This document shows positions 1 through 30,901 of a DNA stretch of 64,000 nucleotides, in pieces. Position 1 is the stretch's first letter; every line of letters starts with the position of its first letter. A program made the position numbers and the translations under genes. The stretch covers positions 43,402,001 through 43,466,000 of the forward strand of contig OZ249436.1 in NCBI GenBank assembly GCA_965235115.1, in the 5' to 3' direction. The notes beneath the pieces were generated by a model. That model worked only from the letters and a program-made list of their open reading frames with translations, ran no database searches and was not told the DNA's origin. This stretch comes from Laetmonice hystrix. Its lineage: Eukaryota.

Positions 1-236
1 GTACCACGAAACTTTGTGTGAGATGAGTCAAGATTCGACGTAAGAAATCCGACCAGCATGTAGATTTTCATTCAGTAAAACATTACAGATCATCCGTACC
101 ATGAAACTTTGTGTGAGATCAGGGAAGATCTGATTTATACATGTCCGTCTTAATGCGAATTTGACTCTAATTGCTCTGACAGAATGCAGAAAAAGATATG
201 ATATAATTGTTGCCATTATTTTCAGATGCCAAGATT

Positions 237-18306
<18,070 letters not shown>

Positions 18307-19713
18307 GGGAACCGTGACAACAACCCACCAACTACATCAGGTTCGCAATTAGAATATGTAAGGTTGTAAAACGGGGACAGTAAGTCGCAGTCCACAGGGT
18401 AAATCTTGTGGGGGAAAATGAGGTGTGAAACCAGCAATTTGAAAAGGTTTAGGTGGGTACTAGTTTCCGACCAGAGACTTCAGAAACCCATGGTCCCCGA
18501 CCAGAGACTTCAGAAACCCATGGTCCTCATCATTTTTCTTTCAAACTTTGGTGAAACCCGATTTTTAAGGCTGATACAAGTTGTGTCCCATAATATAGAA
18601 AGGGAGCCTTCATAACCACCCTCCACTCTGAATGTTATGTATTTTTGATAAGCGGCTGTGCCGAACTATATAAAGGTATGTATTATAAAAACAGAAAGTG
18701 TTAGTGATGTTTTACATTTAGAATTTGCCTTAAATATACTATGCATACCAAGTGGTATAATTTTTTATCAGTTCATGTACTTAAAAATATAGGTTGAGGT
18801 ATTCAACATAAAAAGATGGCATTATAAAACAAATGTTTTTATTTCTAATCATGTCTTCAAAATGTTTACACCGGTAGTTTGTATTGATGTTCTTGTTTAT
18901 GGTTTGACTTGTGGTACTAGAAATTTATTTTCTGGTGCTCTTGTAGCTGTTGGTATCGGTGGTACGTTTTTGAAATTTGATGAAAAGTTTTATAATCATT
19001 ACCAGACCTTGGTGTATCTGACTGGTTACTGAAATCGAAATTAGAGGAATCTAATTAAGTAGTGACAGGTTGATAGGCCAATTAAGAATGTTGATGATCG
19101 GAATGTCTTCTGTTAATTTCAGTTTCAAATTAATTAAGTAATAGATTGAAAGAATACGTACGACACAGAGAGAGAAAGAGAGAGAGAGTGATATGTACAA
19201 TATTGTATATGAAAAGTGGAGATCAGATATTCCACCATTACTTACCAAATTACTCACGTTATGGGAAGTAGCATGTAGAGAATATTTACATGCACGTTTG
19301 ATTTGACATTTAACATTTCAAAAACTCATCGTTATAACACATATATTTTCTATTTTTTGACAAGATATATTTTTTATGATTGAGAAGTGTATCGCAGTTT
19401 CCTTTGATACAAAATATTGGTAGTACGGAGTATTGTTATCTAGTTTTACTCCCAACATACTGTCCAAGAAAATTGAAAGTCTTCACACTGTGTTCTTGTT
19501 GATAAAGAGTAATTTAGGGGGTGAGGTGTTTGGTATAATATATTATTACCAAAAGTGATTGCTGTTGTTATCCTGAGATTGTAAGTGTTTTCACGCCAAT
19601 TGGCAAGACCCTGATTGTGTGCCGTTAATTAGGTGCACGACGGCGAGAGCTGTATAGTCTGTATACAGTTTATTTAAACCTTTTTTAATGATCATGTCAA
19701 TATCATTTATGAA

Positions 19714-19719
19714 AATAAA
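19714..19719 (+). terminator. Candidate polyadenylation signal of the RTK gene
   Basis: AATAAA after ~1.4 kb of AT-rich 3'UTR-like sequence, followed by T-rich sequence. Confidence 0.4.
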
Positions 19720-19892
19720 GAATTCTCCACAGGTCATCTTTCTTTGTAGTCTAACAACTGATTATTGAAGCCTGTTTACAAGCTTCAAGCTAATGCTAGT
19801 AGCAGTAAAGCCTAAGATTGGTTAAACTGTTTTGGCTCGACTTATAATGTTCTGACAGAGAAGTGACCGACCGGTTTATTCAAGAGAGTACT

Positions 19893-22056
19893 CATGGTGG
19901 CCCGTCCATGGTGCTCCGTCCATGGTGGCCCGTCCATGGTGGCCCGTCCATGGTGCCCCGTCCATGGTGCTCCGTCCATGGTGCCCAGTCCATGGTGCCC
20001 CGTCCATGGTGCCCTGTCCATGGTGCCCCGCTCCTGGTGGCCCGTCCATGGTGCCCCGTCCATGGTGCCCCGTCCATGGTGGCCCGTCCATGGTGACCCG
20101 TCCATGGTGGCCCGTCCATGGTGGCCCGTCCATGGTGGCCCGTCCATGGTGCCCTGTCCATGGTGGCCCGTCCATGGTGCCCTGTCCATGGTGGCCCGTC
20201 CATGGTGCCCTGTCCATGGTGCCCCGCTCCTGGTGGCCCGTCCATGGTGACCCGTCCATGGTGCCCCGTCCATGGTGGCCCGTCCATGGTGGCCCGTCCA
20301 TGGTGGCCCGTCCATGGTGGCCCGTCCATGGTGACCCGTCCATGGTGACCCGTCCATGGTGGCCCGTCCATGGTGGCCCGTCCATGGTGGCCCGTCCATG
20401 GTGCCCTGTCCATGGTGGCCCGTCCATGGTGCCCTGTCCATGGTGGCCCGTCCATGGTGCCCTGTCCATGGTGCTCCGTCCATGGTGCCCCGCTCCTGGT
20501 GGCCCGTCCATGGTGACCCGTCCATGGTGCCCTGTCCATGGTGCCCCGTCCATGGTGCCCTGTCCATGGTGCCCCGCTCCTGGTGGCCCGTCCATGGTGA
20601 CCCGTCCATGGTGCCCTGTCCATGGTGCCCCGTCCATGGTGCCCTGTCCATGGTGCCCCGTCCATGGTGCCCTGTCCATGGTGCCCCGCTCCTGGTGGCC
20701 CGTCCATGGTGCCCTGTCCATGGTGCCCCGTCCATGGTGCCCTGTCCATGGTGCCCCGCTCCTGGTGGCCCGTCCATGGTGACCCGTCCATGGTGCCCCG
20801 TCCATGGTGGCCCGTCCATGGTGGCCCGTCCATGGTGGCCCGTCCATGGTGACCCGTCCATGGTGCCCCGTCCATGGTGACCCGTCCATGGTGGCCCGTC
20901 CATGGTGGCCCGTCCATGGTGGCCCGTCCATGGTGCCCTGTCCATGCGGGCCCGTCCATGGTGCCCTGTCCATGGTGGCCCGTCCATGGTGCCCTGTCCA
21001 TGGTGCTCCGTCCATGGTGCCCCGCTCCTGGTGGCCCGTCCATGGTGACCCGTCCATGGTGCCCCGCTCCTGGTGGCCCGTCCATGGTGGCCCGTCCATG
21101 GTGCTCCATCCATGGTGCCCCGCTCCTGGTGGCCCGTCCATGGTGCTCCGTCCATGGTGGCCCGCTCCTGGTGGTCCGTCCATGGTGCCCCGTCCATGGT
21201 GCCCCGCTCCTGGTGGCCCGTCCATGGTGCCCCGTCCATGGTGCCCCGCTCCTGGTGCTCCGTCCATGGTGCTCCGTCCATGGTGCTCCGTCCATGGTGC
21301 CCTGTCCATGGTGCCCCGCTCCTGGTGGCCCGTCCATGGTGCTCCATCCATGGTGCCCCGCTCCTGGTGGCCCGTCCATGGTACCCCGTCCATGGTACCC
21401 CGTCCATGGTGGCCCGTCTATGGTGCTCCGTCCATAGTGGCCCGTCCATGGTGCCCCGCTCCTGGTGGTCCGTCCATGGTGCCCGCTCCTGGTGGTCCGT
21501 CCATGGTGGTCCGTCCATGGTGCCCCGCTCCTGGTGGCCCGTCCATGGTACCCCGTCCATGGTACCCCGTCCATGGTGGCCCGTCTATGGTGCTCCGTCC
21601 ATAGTGGCCCGTCCATGGTGCCCCGCTCCTGGTGGTCCGTCCATGGTGCCCGCTCCTGGTGGTCCGTCCATGGTGCCCCGTCCATGGTGGCCCGTCCATG
21701 GTGCCCAGTCCATGGTGCCCCGTCCATGGTGCCCCGTCCATGGTGCCCCGTCCATGGTGCCCAGTCCATGGTGCCCCGTCCATGGTGCCCCGTCCATGGT
21801 GCCCCGTCCATGGTGGCCCGTCCATGGTGGCCCGTCCATGGTGGCCCGTCAATGGTGCCCAGTCCATGGTGCCCCGTCCATGGTGCTCCGTCCATGGTGC
21901 CCCGTCCATAGTGGCCCGTCCATGGTGCTCCGTCCATGGTGCCCCGCTCCTGGTGGCCCGTCCATGGTGCCCCGTCCATGGTGGCCCGTCCATGGTGCTC
22001 CGTCCATGGTGGCCCGTCCATGGTGGCCCGCTCCTGGTGGCCCGTCCATGGTGCCC
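19893..22056. repeat. 14-bp GC-rich minisatellite, about 150 copies
   Basis: Unit ccatggtggcccgt and variants; largely stop-free, which explains the many overlapping ORFs. Confidence 0.97.
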
Positions 22057-22325
22057 CAGATGACCTTTCCCAAAAGACATTTACTGACAGCGGCGCCCTT
22101 GCATACAACAATACATTCTGATAAACGTTTAGTGAATTAGTTTAAATTTCCGCCATCTGTACCGGGCTGTAATACAGACTTCATATCATCCGTTTCTTCT
22201 CGTTTATAAACGATATTAAACCCATCAAATCATAGTTCTGCTCTGCATTCACAACCGTTGAATGCATGTTCTGTTTGTGCGCCGCTATAAACGCTGGGCG
22301 ATACGGCCTTTGTGAGACGAGATTA

Positions 22326-22339
22326 GTTGCCATGGCAAT
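22326..22339. promoter_or_regulatory. RFX X-box motif
   Basis: GTTGCCATGGCAAT matches 13 of 14 positions of the palindromic RFX consensus GTTGCCATGGCAAC and sits at the start of a predicted small gene. Confidence 0.6.
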
Positions 22340-23625
22340 GGATGTAGTACGGAGTTTGTCTCCTGGACACGTCGCCTGGACAATACCGAGACGTTCAGCG
22401 TCCCTCCCGACGAGTCTCTTACCTAGGACAACCGACTCGCTGAATGCCGCACCATTTGGTATTTTTTCTCTGAAACGGCGAGAAAAATTCATATAGATGA
22501 TAAAGATTAAATGTCATAACATGATAGTTCAGGATAGGAATCTATGTATAAAAGGTGGCGGGATAGGCCCTATTGTAATAACTGTCTGAGATTTTGAGTA
22601 CCGATTTAATATTTCATGTATTGTATCAGTTCTGACCTTCTAAAAACAACATTTTATGAAAGATAAAACAGACTACTATTCTCAATTACGTAAACACCGG
22701 GTGCTTCTGGTCAGGACGTGGTACGTTTATACGGCAAGCGTTCATAGACAAAGTGGCTCCCCCTGCCGTGGGTCGCGCCCAGAACGAGGCTGGTATAGTG
22801 ACGCAGCACCCCACAAAGGTAGATGCTATATTCTTTAACCACTACATGCAGCTTGTCACTACAGGCAGTGCCAATCAAAACATAAGCCATACCCAGTCTC
22901 CGCCCAATTCGATTCGGCAACACGACTGACACGGGACCAACTGACTGTACAGTGATTAGTCTACTCCCTAATACCTCACCTGACTGTATTTTTCTTTTGA
23001 AATGCACGGGCATCAGGGGTAACCCAATTACTTTGACAATGTCCCTAAAGAGAAAAGTTGTATAGTCCTCTACAGGAATCGAACCCAGGCCCTAAGATTA
23101 CTGCACCCATTCGCATAGCATAAGGTGTCGACACCCATGCCCACTCGGCCACCGCGACTCCCCTAAAAAAGGAGCTTTGGTGGTCGAGCAGGACAATGGA
23201 CCCTCCCCCCTACACACATCTTTTTGAAATGAGACGGAATCCATATTTTCCTAGTTAGAGCTACACATGATTTCTACGGGCCCTAAGCTTTGAAAATTTG
23301 CATATATGTGTCGAATGCATTATGGGATGTCGATTGATGACACAACGGAATGGCCACGGGAAGGCGGAACGGGAATGCACAAACAAACGCCATAAAATGC
23401 GAGTAAATGTAGTGGATTTCTTTCTCCAAAATCCATTGTCTGAAATTTATGTCATTTAAAATACTAGGGACTTTGGCATATAGGTAGGTAATGGGTCGTA
23501 TAGGTACGCTATGTACCACCTACCCGCGTCAGTCCATCGACGACTGCCGGCAAACAAAGCTGGCAGAGCTGCGGCTGGCGCGTAAAGTCACGCTCAACGT
23601 GGAACGTCGAGAAGAACCCGATTGA
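22338..23625 (+). CDS. Predicted small 3-exon gene (22338-22458, 22715-22818, 23488-23625) ending in a partial UBX-domain-like C-terminus
   Basis: Phase-compatible open exons. Last exon VMGRIGTLCTTYPRQSIDDCRQTKLAELRLARKVTLNVERREEPD* resembles the UBX (F/Y)PR region. AATAAA at 23687. Splice sites are only moderate. Confidence 0.45.
23073..23162 (-). mobile_element. tRNA-derived SINE head (Pol III A and B boxes)
   Basis: Minus strand has A box TGGCCGAGTGG and B box GGTTCGATTCC, with non-tRNA spacing between them. Confidence 0.65.
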
Positions 23626-23808
23626 TGTAACAGAATTTGTGTCTCACATGTTGTTTATATTTTATACACTACTTATACCTGTTAACAATAAAATGTTACA
23701 TAATTATAAGAATGAGTAAGTTCATTTCATTGTCGCAAAAAGTCGCCCTGAACATTGTACGCTGAGATGAGTGCCATCGAGATGAAACCACTGTTTTATA
23801 CTGTTATG

Positions 23809-23975
23809 CAGTGGCGTACCGTGGGCGGAGTGATGGGGTGCTCAACCCCCCCCCCCCCTCAATTTGTCCAATCTTTTTTGTGCGCGCTTGTTTCCTCACA
23901 CAAGCCGTAAAAATAAGACTACGACGTTGGTTATTTCCAGCATCCCCCTGGGTCCAGTTTCTGAGTACGCCACTG
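23809..23975. mobile_element. Short MITE with CAGTGGCGTA termini
   Basis: cagtggcgtac ... gtacgccactg; flanks ttatg / ttata. Confidence 0.6.
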
Positions 23976-24125
23976 TTATATTCCCTGTCACCTGTGATTA
24001 TCGTGTGATATCTATTTATATATCCGGGCCGTAGAAAGGTAACTGAATGGGGGGGGGGGGGGGCAAAGCAGAGCTCGACCGTGGGATGTAGATCTAAGTC
24101 GCAAATAGATTTGCGGGCCTTGGGG

Positions 24126-27100
24126 ACCTGTAGCGAAGTTAACCTCGTCAGACCCTTGGGTCTAACCGCCTTTGTTGTAGATCGTAGGCACCTGTAGCGA
24201 AGCTCGTCAGACCCTTGGGTTGAGTCTAACCGCCTTTGTTGTAGATCGTAGGCACCTGTAGCGAAAAGCTCGTCAGACCCTTGGGTCTAACCGCCTTTCC
24301 CAGCGGGCACACCACGTGGAAACCACGTGGATAACTGGTGGAAAACTAGTGGATTGGTGGATCCACCAGAAATCCACTAGTTTTTCACGTCGTTTCCACG
24401 TGGATTTATGACGGGGAAATTTGGTTTCAGTATCACGTTAAAAACACGTGGCTTTCTGGTAGAAAAAGGTGGTGTCCATCATTTTTGCCAGTTGGGGGAA
24501 ATTTGGTTTCAGTATCACGTTGAAAACACGTGGCTTTCTGGTGGAAAAGGTGATGTCCATCATTTTTGCCAGTTGGGGGAAATTTGGTTTCAGTATCACG
24601 TTGAAAACACGTGGCTTCCTGGTGGAAAAGGAGATGTCCATCATTTTTGCCATTTGGGGGAAATTTGGTTTCAGTATCACGTTGAAAACACGTGGCTTTC
24701 TGGTGGAAAAGGTGGTGTCCATCATTTTTCCAGCTCGGGGAAATTTGGTTTCAGTATCACGTTGAAAACACGTGGCTTTCTGGTGGAAAAGGTGATGTCC
24801 ATCATTTTTGCCAGTTGGGGGAAATTTGGTTTCAGTATCACGTTGAAAACACGTGGCTTCCTGGTGGAAAAGGAGATGTTCATCATTTTTGCCATTTGGG
24901 GGAAATTTGGTTTCAGTATCACGTTGAAAACACGTGGCTTTCTGGTGGAAAAGGTGGTGTCCATCATTTTTCCAGCTCGGGGAAATTTGGTTTCAGTATC
25001 ACGTTGAAAACACGTGGCTTTCTGGTGGAAAAGGTGATGTCCATCATTTTTGCCAGTTGGGGGAAATTTGGTTTCAGTATCACGTTGAAATCACGTGGCA
25101 AATACACGTGATATCCACGTGCTGTGCCCTGGTGAATTCACGTGACTTTGCTACGTGTATTCCACGTGAAGAAATCAGGTGAATTTAGTTTACACATACC
25201 ACCAGTTTGCCACGTGATTGCCACGTGGCAGATCCACGTGGATTACACGTGATTTTCACGTGCTGTGCCCAGGTGAATTCACGTGACTTTGCTACGTGTA
25301 TTCCACGTGAAGAAATCACGTGAATTTAGTTTACACATACCACCAGTTTGCCACGTCGCAAATCCACGTGGATTACACGTGATTGCCACGTGGCTTTCTG
25401 GTGGAAAAGGTCATGTCCATCATTTTTGCCATTTGGGGGAAATTTGGTTTCAGTATCACGTTGAAAACACGTGGCTTTCTGGTGGAAAAGGTGATGTCCA
25501 TCATTTTTGCCAGTTGGGGGAAATTTGGTTTCAGTATCACGTTGAAAACACGTGGCTTTCTGGTGGAAAAGGTGATGTCCATCATTTTTGCCAGTTGGGG
25601 GAAATTTGGTTTCAGTATCACGTTGAAAACACGTGGCTTTCTGGTGGAAAAGGTGTTGTCCATCATTTTTGCCAGTTGGGGGAAATTTGGTTTCAGTATC
25701 ACGTTGAAAACACGTGGCTTCCTGGTGGAAAAGGAGATGTTCATCATTTTTGCCATTTGGGGGAAATTTGGTTTCAGTATCACGTTGAAAACACGTGGCT
25801 TTCTGGTGGAAAAGGTGGTGTCCATCATTTTTCCAGCTCGGGGAAATTTGGTTTCAGTATCACGTTGAAAACACGTGGCTTTCTGGTGGAAAAGGTGATG
25901 TCCATCATTTTTGCCAGTTGGGGGAAATTTGGTTTCAGTATCACGTTGAAATCACGTGGCAAATACACGTGATATCCACGTGCTGTGCCCTGGTGAATTC
26001 ACGTGACTTTGCTACGTGTATTCCACGTGAAGAAATCAGGTGAATTTAGTTTACACATACCACCAGTTTGCCACGTGATTGCCACGTGGCAGATCCACGT
26101 GGATTACACGTGATTTTCACGTGCTGTGCCCAGGTGAATTCACGTGACTTTGCTACGTGTATTCCACGTGAAGAAATCACGTGAATTTAGTTTACACATA
26201 CCACCAGTTTGCCACGTGATTGCCACGTCGCAAATCCACGTGGATTACACGTGATTGCCACGTGGCTTTCTGGTGGAAAAGGTCATGTCCATCATTTTTG
26301 CCATTTGGGGGAAATTTGGTTTCAGTATCACGTTGAAAACACGTGGCTTTCTGGTGGAAAAGGTGATGTCCATCATTTTTGCCAGTTGGGGGAAATTTGG
26401 TTTCAGTATCACGTTGAAAACACGTGGCTTTCTGGTGGAAAAGGTGATGTCCATCATTTTTGCCAGTTGGGGGAAATTTGGTTTCAGTATCACGTTGAAA
26501 ACACGTGGCTTTCTGGTGGAAAAGGTGTTGTCCATCATTTTTGCCAGTTGGGGGAAATTTGGTTTCAGTATCACGTTGAAAACACGTGGCTTTCTGGTGG
26601 AAAAGGTGATGTCCATCATTTTTGCCATTTGGGGAAAATTTGGTTTCAATATCACATTGAAAACACATCGGTATGTACACGTAGAAATGATTGGTGTATT
26701 TGTCGTGGAACACACGCGGATATTTACCCGTGGAAATAATTGGTGTATTTTCTCGTGGAATACACGTGGACATCTGGGTCCCATAGAAAAGAAAGTTATA
26801 TTAAAATATGTAAATGTCTATGATAACATTTCCCCCCCAAAAAACTGGCTAGCTCTGTACGACGATTGACTTTGAGAAAGAGCCGTTGTGACAAGCAGAA
26901 AGTTTAACAGTAGGTCTACTAGCAACTGGATCAATCGTAGCCAACTCGTCAGCTCAGTGTGTATATAGAGCTGACGCTAGGGTGGCCCAAACATCTAATG
27001 AATTTGTTATATTGCAGTCTCAAAAGCAAAAAATATATCACGAAGTTAGGAACTTTGCTTAGCGTTGCGGTGGTGTAAATCTTTAAGGCGGTGGTGTAAA

Positions 27101-28648
27101 TCTAGATGAATCTAGATGGTTTTCCGGGCGATTTTTTTTCTAGAGAAATGCCCCCATTACCTTACGGGTGCTATGACTGAAAGCCCCGTGCGTTAGCTAA
27201 GGGGTTTATGGTAAATGTCCTGAATTGACAAATGGGGAAAAAATTCGAGACAAAATAGAGGATTTTATTGAGAGAGAAAAATAATCAACCGAGGGGTGCT
27301 ATCAGTAAACCCCCATGCGTTACCGAGGGGGCAACACGAGGAAAACAGGATTTCAACCGTACAAGATACAAGCTACAAGCGTGGCCGAATGGGCAGAGAC
27401 GCGGACCTGTGATCAGGAGATCAACGGATCGAATCCCACCAGTGCCCGGGAGCTGCGCGAAAAAGTCAAACGGGTATGGGAGTCAGTGACCACTCAACCA
27501 TGGCGGCCATATGCTGGCTTAAAATAGCCGCATATGAGAACCCATGCACAACATGAACGAAGATTGCCGAAAGGACTCGAGTGTGAGAATGATCAGACCC
27601 ATGGTGTGTATGATGTGGAAACCTGGAGAAGTGGAAAACTGGGTGATATGACAAGGAAAATTCCACGGAAAATCCATGATTTTTGCCTGCTGGGTGGTGG
27701 GAAACTGGTGGTGAATTCAAGTTTTGCCACGTGTATTCCACGTGAAGAAATCACGTGAATTTAGTTTACACATTCCACCAGTTTGCCACGTGGCAGATCC
27801 ACGTGCATTACACGTGATTTCCACGTGCTGTGCCCTGGTGAATTCACGTGACTTTGCTACGTGTATTCCACGTGAAGAAATCACGTGAATTTAGTTTACA
27901 CATACCATTAGTTTGCCACGTGATTGCCACGTGGCAGGTCCACGTGCATTACACGTGATTTCCACGTGCTGTGCCCTGGTGAATTCACGTGACTTTGCTA
28001 CGTGTATTCCACGTGAAGAAATCACGTGAATTTAGTTTACACGTACCACTAGTTTGCCACGTGATTGCCACGTGGCAGATCCACGTGCATTACACGTGAT
28101 TTCCAAGTGCTGTGCCCTGGTTAATTCACATGACTTTGCTACGTGTATTCCACGTGAAGAAATCACGTGAATTTAGTTTACACATACCACCAGTTTGCCA
28201 CGTGATTGCCACGTGGCAAATCCACGTGGATTACACGTGATTGCCACGTGCTGTGCCCGCTGGGTTGTTGTAGATCGTAGGCACCTGTAGCGAAGCTCGT
28301 CAGACCCTTGGGTCTAACCGCCTTTGTTGTAGATCGTAGGCACCTGTAGCGAAGCTCGTCAGACCCTTGGGTCTAACCGCCTTTGTTGTAGATCGTAGGC
28401 GCCTGTAGCGAAGCTCGTCAGACCCTTGGGTTGGGTCTAACCGCCTTTGTTGTATAGATCGTAGGCGCCTGTAGCGAAGCTCGTCAGACCCTTGGGTCTA
28501 ACCGCCTTTGTTGTAGATCGTAGGCACCTGTAGCGAAGCTCGTCAGACCCTTGGGTCAAACCTCCTTTACTGTAGATCGTAGGCACCTGTAGCGAAGTTA
28601 ACCTCGTCAGACCCTTGGGTCTAACCACCGTTGTAGATCGTAGGCACC
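24126..28648. repeat. ~59-bp tandem repeat split by a transposon insertion (24126-24298 and 28265-28648)
   Basis: Unit gtagatcgtaggcacctgtagcgaagctcgtcagacccttgggtctaaccgcctttgtt is present on both sides and in register across the insertion. Confidence 0.92.
24299..28264. mobile_element. Non-autonomous CMC/EnSpm-like DNA transposon (~4 kb) with internal 61-bp and ~130-bp CACGTG-rich repeats
   Basis: TIRs cccagcgggcacaccacgtgg / ccacgtgctgtgcccgctggg; 2-bp TT duplication; interrupts one unit of the host tandem repeat; no transposase ORF. Confidence 0.85.
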
Positions 28649-29104
28649 ATAGATTGGTAAACCTTCACTTTGCCAGATCATCGTAAGGATCAACACGGGG
28701 TCATAAAAAATGTAGACGAGGATGTCACTAGATATATAAATAGTAAACATGTTACTATAATGAGATCTATTTATTGATCACACCCTATTGGTTCTTGTGT
28801 ACCGTGCACTTACTGAATGAAGCTCAGCTCTGTGAACCCTGCAGGCACTGACAGCACTTCCTGCAGCAGGCCCAGTCAGGGCGCTGTTAACCAATACAAT
28901 GCACTATTACAATGCCGAGCCAAGCCTTGGAGGCATGGAATGCGGCTCTCAGAGTACAGTCTGTCTCCTATTGTACACGATAGGGTATTGTTATACTCAG
29001 GGGTATAAGTTCAGGTCGACCGTTAAGAGGATCCTTATTAGTTTGAGAGGTTAAACTCATTTCTGTTGCGGTAATTAATGCATGGGTTCCAGCACTCCTG
29101 CATT

Positions 29105-29356
29105 TGCTATAAATTCCTATATTTTTCTTGCTATCCTATAAATTCCTATATTTTTCTTGCTATCCTATAAATTCTTATATTTTTCTTGCTATCCTATAAA
29201 TTCCTATATTTTCCTTGCTATCCTATAAATTCCTATATTTTTCTTGCTATCCTATAAATTCCTATATTTTTCTTGCTATCCTATAAATTCCTATATTTTT
29301 CTTGCTATCCTATAAATTCCTATATTTTTCTTGCTATCCTATAAATTCCTATATTT
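29105..29356. repeat. 29-bp AT-rich minisatellite
   Basis: Unit aaattcctatatttttcttgctatcctat, about 8 copies. Confidence 0.95.
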
Positions 29357-29560
29357 CGAGAAAATTTCTATAAATCCCTATGTTTGAAAATGTCTGTAAG
29401 CCTATAGGTGCTGATATGAGACTTCATTGTGGAAACTTTTTTTTTCATATTCATATATTTCAGGATTACTTTTTTGTTTTAACATGAGTTAAACCAGTAC
29501 ACGTTAGCAACTTTGGTCACCAGGCCAGAAAGATATTGTATCTGTTAAAGTGGCTATTAA

Positions 29561-30090
29561 AGGGGCATGCTATGAAACACGTTTTTGAGGATTTCCGGCA
29601 ATTATCCAACATGACCGTGTACTAGGGATCCAAGTAAATAATCCTACCACAGCATTTTGTCCTCCGACGTGTTTTCGCTGCGTATGCAGCACAAGTAGGT
29701 TCTATACGACCAAACCTATAGATTTCTCCCGATAGCACATCTCCCGCCATAATGTGGTAGACAACCTCCCATCAACCCGTGTAATTGCATACTGTGTCAC
29801 ATCCTGCGTGTGCACTCTCTGCATGTGCCTAGTCACGTGCTTTGCGTAGTTGTAAACCAATTCAGCAGTGGCACTCGATCGCCCGGCATCAGAATGCCAC
29901 CCAAAAAATATTTTACGAAATCGGCAGAGAAGCGGGCAAGGGAGCTTAATAAACTTCGATTTCTCATGCAAAATGAAACTGATAAGTCTGTCTTTATTTA
30001 CCAAGCAATTTTAATGAAGGATCTCTTTATGAAAACAGCAAAAGTTCTATGAAATACCGATTTTTAACGTTTTTCTCATAATATGCCCCT
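29561..30090. mobile_element. Kolobok-like non-autonomous transposon
   Basis: TTAA flanks on both sides; imperfect TIRs aggggcatgctatgaaacacgtt / aacgtttttctcataatatgcccct. Confidence 0.7.
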
Positions 30091-30131
30091 TTAAAAACTT
30101 TGGGAGCCATTTACCTAAATCTAGACCTATG

Positions 30132-30901
30132 CAGGGTGTATCAAAAAAAAGGAAACCCAACTTTGATAGGCAATATCTCGAAAACCGCCAATAACTGGAC
30201 AAAATGAGATATGGTATGAAAAAGGCCAGGAAATGCCAGTTTATTCATACCTTGCAGAGCTCACTTGTCACAGTCTGCACAGCAACAATACTTTTATGAA
30301 AGGTATCAGAATTGGTTCCGTGACAAGTTAGAAGGACAGGGAAAAAGCGGTTTGGGGCAATTGGGTTAATTAAAAAAGCTAAGAAACGTAACACTGATTG
30401 TGTTAAAACATTGTTCTTGATTGCCTTCTTGATACAGCTTAATTACGGCCCTGGTCCCTCCACATGAGATCTTCTCTCCATGTCCCTCATGGCACGTCTG
30501 ATCATTGCCTCATCTTGTCGTAAGTTTTCAACGGCTTCGGTGAGAAAGGTGGCCAAAGGAGAATGAAGCACAAGGCCTCTTCCAAAACTTTGTATGAAGT
30601 GTAACATAGCTTATGTAATTCACCCAGGCCATAAAATCCAAATTAAGCTCATGCGACAACACTGATAAGAAAGGAATTGCTGACCTCGTGTGACTGTGGT
30701 AACTTGTCACGGTCATGATTTTGACTGCTGTCAGGAAATGTCTTGTTTCTCAGTAATCATTGATACTAAATTTCTGATCAAGGTGGTATTGGAAAGGGGA
30801 CATCCTGGCCTTTCTAATGGTATATTATGTTTTGTGCTATTTTTGGTCGATTTCTTTTATTTTTGGATTTAATATTGGGTTTCCTTTTTTGATACACCCT
30901 G
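30132..30901. mobile_element. Tc1/mariner-like non-autonomous element
   Basis: TIRs cagggtgtatcaaaaaaaaggaaacccaa / ttgggtttcctttttttgatacaccctg; right flank TA, left flank TG. Confidence 0.78.

Noticed and set aside
19842..22140. Long ORFs of 266-739 aa on both strands
   Set aside because: Translations of a 14-bp stop-poor tandem repeat; open in all frames, with no domain or splice support.
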